A stretch of DNA of 63,806 bases, the filler included, from Octopus bimaculoides (lineage: Eukaryota), in NCBI RefSeq assembly GCF_001194135.2. It is 5 parts of 5 records of this genome, joined end to end, with 100 filler letters (N's around TTAATTAATTAA, not from the genome) between each part and the next. Parts side by side here need not be neighbours in the genome. Positions count along the whole stretch, not along the records: positions 61,689 to 63,806 come from NW_026376224.1; 4 more parts are not named here. One strand, 5' to 3'. Below are positions 63,181-63,806 of this stretch, in pieces. The number at the start of each line of letters is the position of its first letter. Positions within the stretch are counted from its first letter, which is position 1. The translations under genes and the position numbers were made by a program. Under the pieces are notes generated by a model. It saw nothing but the letters and a program-made list of their open reading frames with translations, was not told the DNA's origin and made no database searches.

Positions 63181-63601
63181 AGACAGGTAGATTAATTGAT
63201 GGATAGATATAGAGATATAGATTTGTAATCACTATACAGACATTGATAGACATTAAATACAATTTTGCTATCACTGAAGTATCGACAAGATGGCATGTTT
63301 TGCTGGTTTAGCACCAAATTGGAACCAAGTGGTTGCTTCGGTAAGAATATTTTTGACTGGAAAGTTCTTGGAGGAGATGAAGAAAGGTAATGATAGTGGT
63401 GGTGGTGGTGGTGATGGTGGTGGCGGTGGTGGCAGCAGTGGTCGTGATGGTGGTGGTGGTGGTGGAGTGCTTGTGTGGCAGACTGTGTTGGCACTGAAGT
63501 TTGACCTTATTTTATTGATTTAGTTGATAGGAGTAGAACTATCTGGTGCATACTGACACACAGACACTGCTTCATGAAACGCACACATACACACAGGCAC
63601 A

Positions 63602-63640
<39 letters not shown>

Positions 63641-63650
63641 NNNNNNNNNN

Positions 63651-63687
<37 letters not shown>

Positions 63688-63806
63688 CTATCTATCTATC
63701 TACATATATATATATATATAAATACTATTAATATTTAGTAGAAGCAACAGAGTGGCTCAAGGGCCAACATTCACACACACACATACATACATACATACAT
63801 ACATAC

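Noticed and set aside
733-63274. Long ORFs in the supplied track made mostly of X or of YIYI, CVCV and HTHT runs
   Set aside because: They read through N gaps and microsatellites and are not evidence of coding.

Overview
AT-rich, gap-ridden eukaryotic genomic DNA, almost certainly from an octopus. This is inferred from the tRNA-derived SINE families, RTE LINEs and extreme microsatellite load; no database was consulted. Four identical artificial 100-nt spacers (44 N + TTAATTAATTAA + 44 N) show that the window is five sub-scaffolds joined together. The only host gene I can support well is a multi-exon chymotrypsin/trypsin-family (S1A) serine protease on the minus strand. It has five phase-compatible exons (42692-42730, 35692-35820, 30972-31178, 24128-24287, 22730-22848), which give a long acidic pro-region, an R|IVDG activation site and the TAAHC His motif. 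The Asp and Ser catalytic exons are not visible. The rest is transposon-derived: SINEs, RTE, CR1-type, R4/Dong-type and Tx1/L1-type LINE fragments, a DD36E Tc1 element, a mariner, several MITE-like palindromes, an internally deleted Ty3/Gypsy element with a tRNA-Trp PBS, a Helitron 3' end, and Penelope-like termini carrying degenerate hammerhead ribozyme motifs. There are no rRNA genes, bona fide tRNA genes or CRISPR arrays. I found no wholly new biological system that I can support. The best leads are the protease architecture, the hammerhead motifs and the unusual transposons.
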